Positions 50,194 through 60,948 of a stretch of DNA of 64,000 nt are shown piece after piece (position 1 is the stretch's first letter; every line of letters begins with the position of its first letter). Origin of the DNA: Octopus vulgaris (lineage: Eukaryota); NCBI GenBank assembly GCA_951406725.2, contig OX597814.1:109864001-109928000 (forward strand). The letters run 5' to 3'. The position numbers were made by a program, and so were the translations under genes. A model generated the notes under the pieces. The model searched no databases. It worked only from the letters and a program-made list of their open reading frames with translations, and was not told where the DNA came from.

Positions 50194-51440
50194 CACTAAT
50201 ATTATTATTCCTACTATTTTGTATGTTATTTTTATTTCTGTTATTATTTATACTTCCTTTAACTGTAGTGTCATTCAGATTCATGTCAGCATCAACAGGC
50301 ATTGTGTCAGTAATCCCTTTGCTAGTATAAACCTCTGACTTAGTCTATATTGTTCATATTAGATGTGTTAGTACTGTTGTTTCTAATTCCTATATCACCA
50401 TTAATATTCTCATTGTAGGGGTTTAAGCTAGTGTTGACAGTAATGTTATTATTATCATTAACCCCTCTTGCTGATTTTATATTCTTTCTATTTAACCTGG
50501 CTATGATGGTACCCTTATTGGGGAGGGTAGAATACGAGATTCTAACAGTCTTATGGGAAAATATTCTATTATATCTATGGGAAGCAAGGAAGGTTTTTTT
50601 CTAAAATTGCCATAACTTTCTTATATATGTTTGTGGATATGGCACAGTTGAAGGGTCGTTCTTTGTGTTACTTGTTCTGTTTTCTATTTGTTTCTCTCAT
50701 TATTTTCAGACCTTTTATGTATGTAAGGGCAGAATCTACATGCTCTTTCAACGCCTCCCAAAATCGCAACTTGATTATTAGGTATGGCTATATTATCAGT
50801 ATTTTTCTTATCATTAGAGGGTGGCATAATCCACCCAGTCGCCTCACTACCTCTATTATATAAACTAATATTCCAACTGGTTATAGCATCTAACTTCCTG
50901 TTGTTGCTTATCTTTTTATCTAAATTGATGGGTTTGTTGGATGCTTTCACAGTAGGTCTGTTTTCCTGACAAAGTAATCTTTTATTCCCCCTCTCACTTA
51001 AAATCTCATTATTTCTACTATTAATAGGTGTTATATTTTCTGGATTAAGAAAAGTAATTCCATGGTTGTATCCTGTCTTAGACAAAGTGAAGTTATACTG
51101 GTGGGAATGGGTATTAAAAATATCTTTACTAGCTAATAATTTCATTATTCTTTTAGAAATACTTTTGACTACCGTTTTTAACACATTAGTGGGGTGATTT
51201 GATTTGTTCACATACCTTGGAACTTCACCTGGTTTCCTATAGGGGTAGTATAATCTTGAGGTAATGTCTAAGAAATTTGCCACCTTCATGCCATATTCAA
51301 AAGTAATTAAGTTGAAGCCTTTAAAAAATTTTCTAATTCTTTTCCTCATTTTTTCTATGAGTCACTTGAAACGGTCATACTACATCACTTCTTGATATCC
51401 TGTTGCTTATTTTGATATATATATATATATATATACATAT

Positions 51441-52230
51441 ATGCATATATGGGTACAGGACATCACCAACAGTAAACAACATGAAATACAAAAAACAATG
51501 GGAGAAACAAATGGAAAACAGAACAAGTAACACAAAGAACAACCCTTCATCAGTTGTTGGCTGTCTATCTGCTCCTCATTTCAAGCATTGAATGACAATA
51601 TGAATCTTCGAAGACAGTCGCTCCCATAAGTACCAAAATAAAATTTGGGATTTATGGGGAGTCAAAGTTGGGAACAAAAACTGGACAGTGGAGACATAGA
51701 AGGAAACTGAAAGAAAACAAACATGGAGGGTCGTTACACCAGAACAAGGGTAAAATAGCAAATGCTGGAGAAATATTTTCTTTGAAAAGAGAAAAGATAG
51801 AAGAGAGAGACAGAATTCGTCCAGTCCTTAGGACAGTCCTGAAAGAAAAGAAAGATGGACGATGCTTACATGAGAGCAATGAGAAAGAGGGAAGAGAGAT
51901 AGATAGATAGAAAACAGTGAATGGAAGAAAAAGATGGGTGGAGAAAACAGTGAATGGAAGAAAAAGATGGGTGGAGAAAACAGTATAGAGTTGCATCATG
52001 AATCCAAAATTTTATTTGGGAAGTTATGGGAGCAAATGTCTTCAAAGACTCATATTGTCGTTCAATGCTCAAAATGAGGAGTAGATAGACAGGCAACAAC
52101 TGATGAAGGGCTGTTCTTTGTGTTACTTGTCCTGTTTTCCATCTGTTTCTCTTGTTTGCATATTGAATTCATTTGTTTTTGTATTTCATGTTGTTTACTG
52201 TTGGTGATGTCCTGTATCCATATATGCATA
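51441..52230. repeat. Fold-back element with ~210-bp inverted arms between (TA)n tracts
   Basis: 51441-51650 is the reverse complement of 52003-52230. A third fragment lies at 50650-50700. Confidence 0.8.
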
Positions 52231-52869
52231 TATATATATATATATATCCAACAACCCCTTCATAAAATTAAGTAAATCAAAACCAAATACCAACAGAACG
52301 GAACAACCACCAAGAAATCCTAACACACTCTACACCAGAAAAATACACTTAAAACACACCCCACACTACCTACACCAACCCCAAAACACCTACAGAGGCC
52401 CACCACACCAATTCGAGAATAGATATACCAACAGAACAGAACAACCACCAAGAAATCCAAACACACTCTACACCAGAAAAATACATTTAAAATGCACCCC
52501 ACACTACCTACACCAACCCCAAAACACTTACAGGGGCCCACCACACCATTTCACGAACCTAAGGGCTACAACATACAATACTATGAAATACAATCCACAT
52601 AACCAAACTAAAACTCTACTACCAAACATCCACCCTAGGAACCAACCATACAAACCTAACAAACAACAAATGCACTACGGAGAAAACAACTACCAACACA
52701 ATATACCTGATGAACTAAGACGGAACACTAGGTACAACAACACACTTCAGAACAGAGCACCACAAACTCACTCTGACAATTATAACAACATGAGACAGAT
52801 AAATAGTAGTTTTGAACATAACTACACCAACCATTTTTTAGACCTTACACACAGGAACAGGGACACACA

Positions 52870-55167
52870 ATGGCAAAGGACAAACAAAAGAAACCTCAGG
52901 TAATTAAGATAATCAATCTCTCAAACAAAGAACTTACACCTAACGAAATAAGCATACTCTCCAAAGGACTTAAATTTACACCAACCCCACAATGTTCTAA
53001 TTACTATGAAATGAAAGATGATATTTCGGAATTTTGCAGGAAACTAAGACTCACCGAGGAATTTCAAGACAAACAAATAGATGAGGATTCAATAGCTAGA
53101 AACAAGAGCAATTACACCCCCACCAAGGGAAAGAATAAAGCCTTAGACCGCTATTGTGACTACATAACTAATTTCCCGTTTCAATTCATCAAGAAACAAA
53201 AACACAGCCCTAACTTTAACAAAAGAGAATGGAACGACCTCATCAAACTAAGAGAAGACAAAGCAATAACAATTAAGGAGGCAGATAAGGGCAACGCAAT
53301 AGTAGTAATGAATACAAACGATTATAAAAATTTAGTGCTATCCCTATTAAGAGATGAAACGTATTATGAAAGGGCCCAACAGTATAATCAGCAAAAAATA
53401 ATGCATAACCTTAGGACATTAATCAACACATACCGAGAAGGACTCATGGACAAGGAGTATGAATACATCACTAACTTCAAATGCAAATCGAGTTTGTTCT
53501 ATGGTATCCCTAAAGTACACAAAAGCCAAATAATTAGAGAAACATGCAAAACATCTACCGATATACTCATCAAAATCCCTTCACCAAATGATCTTAAACT
53601 TAGACTGATAATAGCAGGGCCAGCATGTGAGACTCACCGCCTCAGCAATTTCTTAGACACACTTCTTAAACCTTTCCTAAAACACATCAAAAGCTACGTA
53701 AGAGACGATATAGATATGCTCAACCACCTCCCTAAAACAGTCAATGAGAAAACCCTTCTAGTATCATTCGACGTAGTTAATCTTTATTCTAACATCTCTC
53801 ACAACCTAGGAATAGAAGCGATCACCTTCTGGCTGAACAACTACTCCTTTGAACTCCCAACGCGCATAAACAAAGACCTTATAATAGAAGGACTTAGATT
53901 TATTTTAGAAAACAATTACTTTATTTTTGACAATAATTTCTACAGACAAAGATCGGGAACAGCGATGGGCACGCGTACTGCACCATCTTTTGCCAACCTA
54001 GTGATGGGATACCTCGAGAAAATACTCTACCAGATAACACTCGAGAAATTTGGAAACACCTTCTCCACCTATATCCAGAACAACTGGAAAAGATACCTCG
54101 ATGACTGTTTCATCGTCTGGGACAAAAGTATAGAGAAACTTGAGGAATTTAAAATACTATTAAATGGAATAAATGATAATATACAATTCACGATGGATCA
54201 TAATGAAGAAGAATTACCATTTTTAGACATCCTCATTAAGAAAACCGGCAACAAAATAGAGACAGATATCTACTATAAACCGACAGACTCCAAACAATAC
54301 CTACCCTTTGATTCATGCCACCCACGACACACTAGAATAAATGTCCCTTTTTGTTTAGCTAGAAGGATCTGCACCATAATATCAGACACAAACACCCGAC
54401 ACACACGTCTCCAGGAACTTAGAACCACACTCACAAATAGAAACTATCCACAGACCCTAATAGACAGTGCAATCCAAAGGGCACTCAAATTAAGTATAGA
54501 AGACCTGAGACAAACAAAACCAAAAAAGAAAGAACAATTAAAAACCCTTCCCTACATCTCTACACACAACCCACTCAACAATGAGGCCTTCAGCACCATA
54601 CTACAAAGCACAGCCCTACTAAAGGGAGACCCAAAGATGAACCAGATCCTCGAAACACACACCATCATTAAAAGTAAACGGCAACCAAAATCCTTGAAAA
54701 GGATTTTAACCCAAGCTAAACTGCACTCAACATCAACCACAAAACCAACAGTTAGAAAATGTGGAAGGCCCAACTGCGGAATCTGTGTCATCTTGATAGA
54801 AGGTTCAGAATTTATATTAGAACAAGGCCATCAGTTCACCATTAGAGCAAACTTCACCTGCGCATCAGAAAACTTAATTTACGTCTTAACATGCGCAGGC
54901 TGCAATAGGCAGTATATAGGCCATACAAAAAATAGCTTACGTAACAGGATGGCGGTGCATAAATCACAAATTAGAAACCCTGAATACCGGAAAATACCGG
55001 TCAGCGGACACATAGATAGATGTGCTGGAAATGTAAATCCGAAATTTACAACTTACCCGCTTTATAAATTCAGTGACAGCGTAACCTTCACGCAACGCCA
55101 AAATAAAGAACTGTATTTCATCAAAAAATTTAGACCAAGTTTGAACACCCTGGGCCAGGAATATTAA
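52870..55167 (+). CDS. PLE reverse transcriptase + Cys-rich linker + GIY-YIG endonuclease (765 aa)
   Basis: IINLS..LSKGLKF.P, ADKGNAIV, YGIPKVHK, SFDVVNLY, GTAMG, RYLDD, FLD and YYKPT. Linker KCGRPNCGIC. Endonuclease LIYVLTCAGC..YIGHT..R...H. No stops. Confidence 0.96.
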   Translation: MAKDKQKKPQVIKIINLSNKELTPNEISILSKGLKFTPTPQCSNYYEMKDDISEFCRKLRLTEEFQDKQIDEDSIARNKSNYTPTKGKNKALDRYCDYITNFPFQFIKKQKHSPNFNKREWNDLIKLREDKAITIKEADKGNAIVVMNTNDYKNLVLSLLRDETYYERAQQYNQQKIMHNLRTLINTYREGLMDKEYEYITNFKCKSSLFYGIPKVHKSQIIRETCKTSTDILIKIPSPNDLKLRLIIAGPACETHRLSNFLDTLLKPFLKHIKSYVRDDIDMLNHLPKTVNEKTLLVSFDVVNLYSNISHNLGIEAITFWLNNYSFELPTRINKDLIIEGLRFILENNYFIFDNNFYRQRSGTAMGTRTAPSFANLVMGYLEKILYQITLEKFGNTFSTYIQNNWKRYLDDCFIVWDKSIEKLEEFKILLNGINDNIQFTMDHNEEELPFLDILIKKTGNKIETDIYYKPTDSKQYLPFDSCHPRHTRINVPFCLARRICTIISDTNTRHTRLQELRTTLTNRNYPQTLIDSAIQRALKLSIEDLRQTKPKKKEQLKTLPYISTHNPLNNEAFSTILQSTALLKGDPKMNQILETHTIIKSKRQPKSLKRILTQAKLHSTSTTKPTVRKCGRPNCGICVILIEGSEFILEQGHQFTIRANFTCASENLIYVLTCAGCNRQYIGHTKNSLRNRMAVHKSQIRNPEYRKIPVSGHIDRCAGNVNPKFTTYPLYKFSDSVTFTQRQNKELYFIKKFRPSLNTLGQEY

Positions 55168-55389
55168 AACAAAACATTGGTCCTCCGAAAAGGAGAAGCG
55201 AAATTCTACCACGGTCGCTGCCTTAAACAGTCACTCACACTGACAGAGATATGTCTTAGGGAAATAAAAAAATTTATAAAAAGATCTCTACGAGCAGATC
55301 TAATCCTGATTCGTCAAGAAACTGATGACGTATTACCTCAGTGGGCAAGCTATTGTCACCCTGCTTGCTTGGTCGGTTTCCACACACGA

Positions 55390-55810
55390 TACAGCTAAGG
55401 GTCAGACCCGATTCTGATTGCTCAAAACATTGATGACGTCTCGTTCTGCTGGACTAGCCACCTAACGGGATGATTGGTCAAAACATTGATGACGTCTCGT
55501 TCTACTGGACTAGACACCTAACAGGATACAGTCATGGGTCAGATCTAATACAGCTATAGGTCAGACCCGATTCTAATTGGTCAAAACATTGATGACGTCT
55601 CGTTCCGCTGGACTAGCCACCTAACAGGATACAGTCATGGATCAGATCTAATTTCAATCCGTCAAAAACAAGGATGATGTATTTCTTCCGTGGCCAAACT
55701 GTCGTTCTGCTTGGTTGGTTTCCTAACAGGATATATTCGTTGAGACTGAGTTTTGATTGGTTGGGAACTATATGACGTCAGTGAAAAATAAGTTGAGCTG
55801 ATATAAACCC
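55390..55810 (+). promoter_or_regulatory. Putative pseudo-LTR promoter: repeated ATTGG/CRE-like modules and TATA
   Basis: Three copies of ATTG..CAAAACATTGATGACGTCTCG (55417-55660), then GATTGG (55755), a perfect TGACGTCA (55773) and TATAAA (55802). Motif-only evidence. Confidence 0.45.
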
Positions 55811-56085
55811 AAACAATTCACAAAATTCACCAAAACTATACGAACAGACACCAACCAAAAATCATTACAGTTGCTCCCATTGGAACACAAGGTAAAATCT
55901 AAAATGAATTCCTCGCTTTTTCAAGAACATGAATTTTTTATATTTGACTCTATTGAATGCATATCACCACTATGAACTACTACATCATACTCTTTAAACA
56001 TATAGCATGGATTCGCTTTACTATATATGAATTTTTTATGTTTGACTCTATTGAATATTATATATGAACTATCTTTTTTATATAT

Positions 56086-56136
56086 AATTTTTTTTGATAA
56101 GGTTCGTCATTTCAAGAACCGAAACATGTTAAATAA
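56086..56136 (+). ncRNA. Minimal type I hammerhead motif (U3:A8 variant) in the PLE 3' end
   Basis: TTT-TTGATAA-GGTTC-GTCATTTCAA-GAACC-GAAAC-AT-GTT-AAA, with palindromic stem III AACATGTT. Confidence 0.75.
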
Positions 56137-56235
56137 ATAATGTATATATAAAAATTAAAATTTGTCTAATATAGCAGCATTTTCAAACTTCATTTTTTAC
56201 AAATATATACCCACTCGTATACGAGCTAATCTTAT

Positions 56236-56301
<66 letters not shown>

Positions 56302-56304
<3 letters not shown>

Positions 56305-57931
56305 CATCATCATCATCATCATCATCATCGTTTAACGTCCGTTTTCCGCGCTAGCACGGGTTGGATGGTTTCGACCGGGGTCTGGGGAGCTCGGGACTGC
56401 CCCAGGCTCCAGTCTAGTCTGGCAGTGTTTCTACAGCTGGATGCCCTTCCTAACGCCAACCACTCCGCGAGTGTAGTGGGTGTTTTTTACGTGCCACCTG
56501 CACAGGTGCCAGAGGGGTCTGGCATCGGCCACGTTCGGATGGTGCTTTTTATGTGGGGGGGGTGCAGAAATATAGGGGAGCACCAGTGGGGAGGGGTGGT
56601 TCAGAGAAATGATGACAGGTTCTAGGCAAGTAGAACGTAGGATATCGAGAGAGGGGTAATGCATGGTGAAATAGCGTATTGAAGAGGGGGGTTCGAAGAG
56701 TAGACACCTATAATGGTGGTGGGAGAAGCGACATCCGGTATAGATGGAGCAAAATATAGAGATATCCGGTATTGGTGGTGGGGGTGGGCAGGGCGGGTGC
56801 ACCGCGAAGATACGAAGTTTGATTTTAGACGAATGAAGATAGATAGATAGATAGATAGAGAAATTAGATAGATAGAGAAATTTGATAAATAGTTAGACAG
56901 ATAGAGAAACATAAGAGGGAGTATCCGGTGTAGATGGTGAGAACAGTGTTCACCGGTATTGGTGGTGGGGGTGGGAGGGCGGGCGCACCGCGCATTGGGA
57001 GAAGATAAGGTATTTGGGAGAAGATGAGGTTTTAGGCGGCAGAAAGAAGACAGGATTGAGATGAAATGCTTTGCGGTGGTGTGAATAAGTTTTTGTGAGT
57101 GAAAGTTTTTATGCTTCAGCTAGCATTTGAGACAAAAGACAACGATAACGCTATTAGATGGGGATACAATAATAATAAGGCTTGCAAAAACAATGAAAAG
57201 AGGAAACAGGTCGGGAACTTAGCTTGATGTTTTTCATCCTGCGGTATTGGCTAAGCCTGTGGAAGCGAGTGAAGGTGAGATATATACCGAGAGAGAGAGA
57301 GAGAGAGACAGTGAAAACAGAGGGAGAACCGACACCACATAGCAAGAGAGAGAGAGAGAGAGAGACATAGTGACACCGCGCATTGGGTGATGAGGTTTTA
57401 GGCGGCAGAAAGAAGACAGGATTGAGATGAAATGCTTTGCGGTGGTGTGAATAAGTTTTTGTGAGTGAAAGTTTTTATGCTTCAGCTAGCATTTGAGACG
57501 AAAGACAACGATAACGCTATTAGATGGGGATACAATAATAATAAGGCTTGCAAAAACAATGAAAAGAGAAAACAGGTCGGGAACTTAGCTTGATGTTTTT
57601 CATCCTGCGGTATTGGCTAAGCCTGTGGAAGCGAGTGAAGGTGAGATATATACCGAGAGAGAGAGAGAGAGACAGTGAAAACAGAGGGAGAACCGACACC
57701 ACATAGCGAGAGAGAGAGAGAGAGAGACATAGTGACACCGCGCATTGGGAGATGAGGTTTTAGGCGGCAGAAAGAAGACAGGATTGAGATGAAATGCTTT
57801 GCGGTGGTGTGAATAAGTTTTTGTGAGTGAAAGTTTTTATGCTTCAGCTAGCATTTGAGACGAAAGACAACGATAACGCTATTAGATGGGGATACAATAA
57901 TAATAAGGCTTGCAAAAACAATGAAAAGAGG

Positions 57932-57934
<3 letters not shown>
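56302..57934 (-). mobile_element. Second copy of the composite retroposon (shorter ~362-388-bp monomers, about 2.5 copies)
   Basis: Monomers start at 56986, 57374 and 57736. Shares linker blocks (ATATAGGGGAGCACCAGTGGGGA; GAGTATCCGGTGTAGATGGTGAGAACAGTGTTCACCGG) with 43385-45976. Confidence 0.75.
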
Positions 57935-57976
<42 letters not shown>

Positions 57977-58080
57977 TATATATATGTATGCATATCTATA
58001 TATATTATTTATATTATTATTTGATTCAACGCCATGCGTCCATTTCCAAGTAAGTTTATGTGTATATATATATATATATT

Positions 58081-58850
58081 ATCATCATCATCATCGTTAA
58101 ACGTCCGCTTGCCATGCTAGCATGGGTTGGATGGTTCAACTGGGGTCTGGGGAGCCCGAAGGCTGCACCAGGCCAGTCAGATCTGGCAGTGTTTCTACAG
58201 CTGGATGCCCTTCCTAACGCCAACCACTCCGAGAGTGTAGTGGGTGATTTTATGTGCCACTGACACAGGTGCCAGACGAGGCTGGCGAATGGCCACGCTC
58301 GGATGGTGTTTTTTATGTGCCACCGACACAGGTGCCAGATGAGGCTGGCGAACGGCCACGCTTGGATGGTGTTTTTTATGTGCCACCGACACAGGTGCCA
58401 GACGAGGCTGGCGAACGACCACGCTTGGATGGTGTTTGTTACGTGCCCACAGCACGGAGGCCAGCCGATGCGGTACTGGCTACAGCCATGTTCGGATGGT
58501 TTTCTTATGTGCCATCAGCACTGGTACCACAAAGATACAAATTCCATTGATGTTCATCTATTTTGATTTGGTTTGATTTTCACTTGCCTCAACAGGTCTT
58601 CACAAGTGTCCCAAGAAGGAAGGTATGCACAGGTGGACTGACTACGTCCCAGGTAGGGGCCACGGGTTATGGCCTCACTAGTCTTGCCGGGTCTTCTCAC
58701 GCACAGCATACTTCCATAGGTCTCGGTCTCTAGTCATTTCCTTGGTGAGACCTAAAGTTTGAAGGTCGTGCTTCACCACCTCGTCCCAGGTTTTCCTGGG
58801 TCTACCTCTTCCACAGGTTCCCTCAACTGCTAGGGTGTAGCACTTTTGCA
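58081..58850 (-). mobile_element. RTE LINE 3' fragment with 63-bp tandem modules
   Basis: VEGTCGRGRPRKTWDEVV..WKYAVREKTRQ. Modules at 58254, 58317 and 58380. (GAT)n tail. Confidence 0.88.
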
Positions 58851-58876
58851 CACACATATATAAATATATATATATA

Positions 58877-59085
58877 TGTAAAGTTAATCCAAACATGAAA
58901 ACACAAAAAGAAAACACAACGCGAGGACATGGAACAAGTATAGTGTTATTGGACGCTCAGGAAAGAAAATGAAGAAGGAGGATTTAACAGTTCGGGCGGA
59001 GCTCTTCATCAGAAATATAGGAAAAGGAAAGATCCAAGGAAGGGAAGATGGAGGGAAAAAATCGCCAACGATACACACGCGGTAA
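58877..59085 (-). mobile_element. Probable PLE-derived fragment with a degenerate hammerhead
   Basis: Minus strand CTGATGA-AGAGCTCCGCCC-GAAC-TGTTA at 58985-59012; the GAAA box and stem II are damaged. Confidence 0.45.
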
Positions 59086-59134
59086 ATAAATAAATAAATA
59101 AATAAATGGAGATTAACGCAGGTATAATTCAAAT

Positions 59135-59375
59135 ACTTTTACTTCCCACACATGTTTCGAAGATTTCACTGATATTATTCCAAAGGAATAAAAATGGTGT
59201 AAAACAATTAATGCAATATATGGGGATCAGACAATAAGCGTAAGCTAGTGTCAAGGGTGGTTCCAGAAATTCCAAGCTGGAAACTACAGCCTAGAAGATG
59301 ATCCTCTTCCTGGAAGATCTGTAGAGCTCGACAAGAATGTCCTGCAAACCCTGGTAGAACAAAATTCCATCATAA
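59135..59375 (+). mobile_element. Mariner transposase N-terminal fragment
   Basis: WFQKFQAGNYSLEDDP.PGRS; homologous to 62215-62470 in reverse orientation. Confidence 0.75.
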
Positions 59376-60948
59376 GTATTGGAACAGATCATAATGTAAT
59401 GCCATAATGTAGCTGGGGTGGAGGACAGTGTTGTGGTCCACACCAGACAGTAATTTATGAGGGAAGCATTTTTGGGTTTGCTATTTAAGCCTATATAGGG
59501 GTGGGGAGGTAGATGGCAAATGAGAAGCTCAAGGGCTGCCCTGGCCACTTTAGCTATGCCACTGGTGTGTCATCAGCTAACATTTCCTATTTTTGGTCTT
59601 AAATATTTAACTTCATTATCATCAAGTGTCAGTTATTCTCAGAAAGCCAAATACCATGGTTCACCATTTTGATCTTTCCTGCTCTATCCTTTTCCATTCA
59701 CTGCATTTTAAGTCTTTCCAATTCTCTGTAATTATTTGTTTTCCCCCTTTTTTTGCCCCCCCCCCCCCATTTATTTTGCTTCCAATCAGCACTCTCTGTA
59801 ATCCATTTTTTCTGATTAAATGTCTGTCTAGCTTCACTTATTCAATAAATTCATTTAATCTGGTGTGAAACATCGTATTCTCTTTTATTTATTAAATCAA
59901 TATAATTAATGATTCATGGTTAAAATTCCATATGTAATGAATTACCAAGCAGAACATAGAATCATTTGATATTTACCAATTATTTTATCTGTTTATGAAA
60001 TGGATTCTCAATGATTAAAAAATAAATGAACTGTAATCAGCTTCCTTTGATGTAGTGGCTTGCTTTCTTTGACAAAAAACAAGAAAAAAAAAAGATGCCC
60101 AGTGTATTCCAATTGGCATCTTTGTCCATTCAGCCTCATCTATTTAATAACATTTGATTCTCTTAAGTGAAACAATTTTGGTTAGTTTACCATTTGAACA
60201 AATTTTGGTTTCATCATGGCTACCCACAACACACATCCACATACACCCTTTCATATTCTGGACTTTATGGCATTTTAAATCTGCTGATTTGTCAAAGCTC
60301 ATTCAATTCTATGAGGCGAGTACTGAAAAGTTCCTGGCTTTGGGTAAAAGAAAATACTAGAGGATCAGCTAATTAAGATTTTATTCAATATAATCCCCTC
60401 TCAGATTCACAAACCTATTGCAGTGGTCTTTCAGTTTTTTTAAGCCCTGAAAAAGAACTCAGAAGGTTGGGCCTTCAGCCACTCTTTCATGACACTCTTG
60501 TATGCCACCTATCCCTGACAGAAAATGTGCTTCACCTCTGACTCTCCTCAAGCAATTAACTAGGTAACTGTAAACCCCTTTTTGGGCCCCAACAAAATAA
60601 ATTCAAGATACAATAATGTAGCAAAGCTGTTCTATATACACCCAGTTATCAAATTTCAATCACTTCAAGAAAAATTTGTGTAGCTTCTACAGATTTCCAT
60701 CTGTCTTAGAAAATGACGATGAGAAAATACTATGGTGACAAACCACTAGATGGCAGCACTTAATAAATCTGATATCATTTTCCATGATAAAAATATCAAT
60801 AGTGACATTGGTTGTTGTGTTCATAATCATAAGGTCACAAGGTTGATTCCTAGATCAGGCTGTCGTTTGTGTCCTTGAGCAAGGTTCTTCAAATTATCTC
60901 ACATGACTGCTCCATTATGCATGCTACACATTATACAATACAATTGTA

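Larger units (their letters stand above)
48040..51400 (-). mobile_element. Degraded Penelope-like element (Hydra-clade-like; RT thumb, Asn-rich linker, C-terminal GIY-YIG), interrupted by R4/Dong-like copies
   Basis: NFLDIT..YRKP..YVN.SNHP..ISKRI (50684-51349) and HRYNRIFSHKTVRISYSTLPN (~50480-50600). Endonuclease region CNCRDKSYCPLLGRCL.QNVIF..KRINNHFSSF..TSLS.KIWELK..KW.I..CEL*..E..LINNR..*VH (48040-48480). Confidence 0.85.
52247..56240 (+). mobile_element. Neptune-type Penelope-like element, flanked by (TA)n
   Basis: Intact ORF, 138-bp 5' tandem repeat (52290 and 52428), and a ~1 kb 3' pseudo-LTR region with promoter-like motifs and a hammerhead. Confidence 0.88.
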
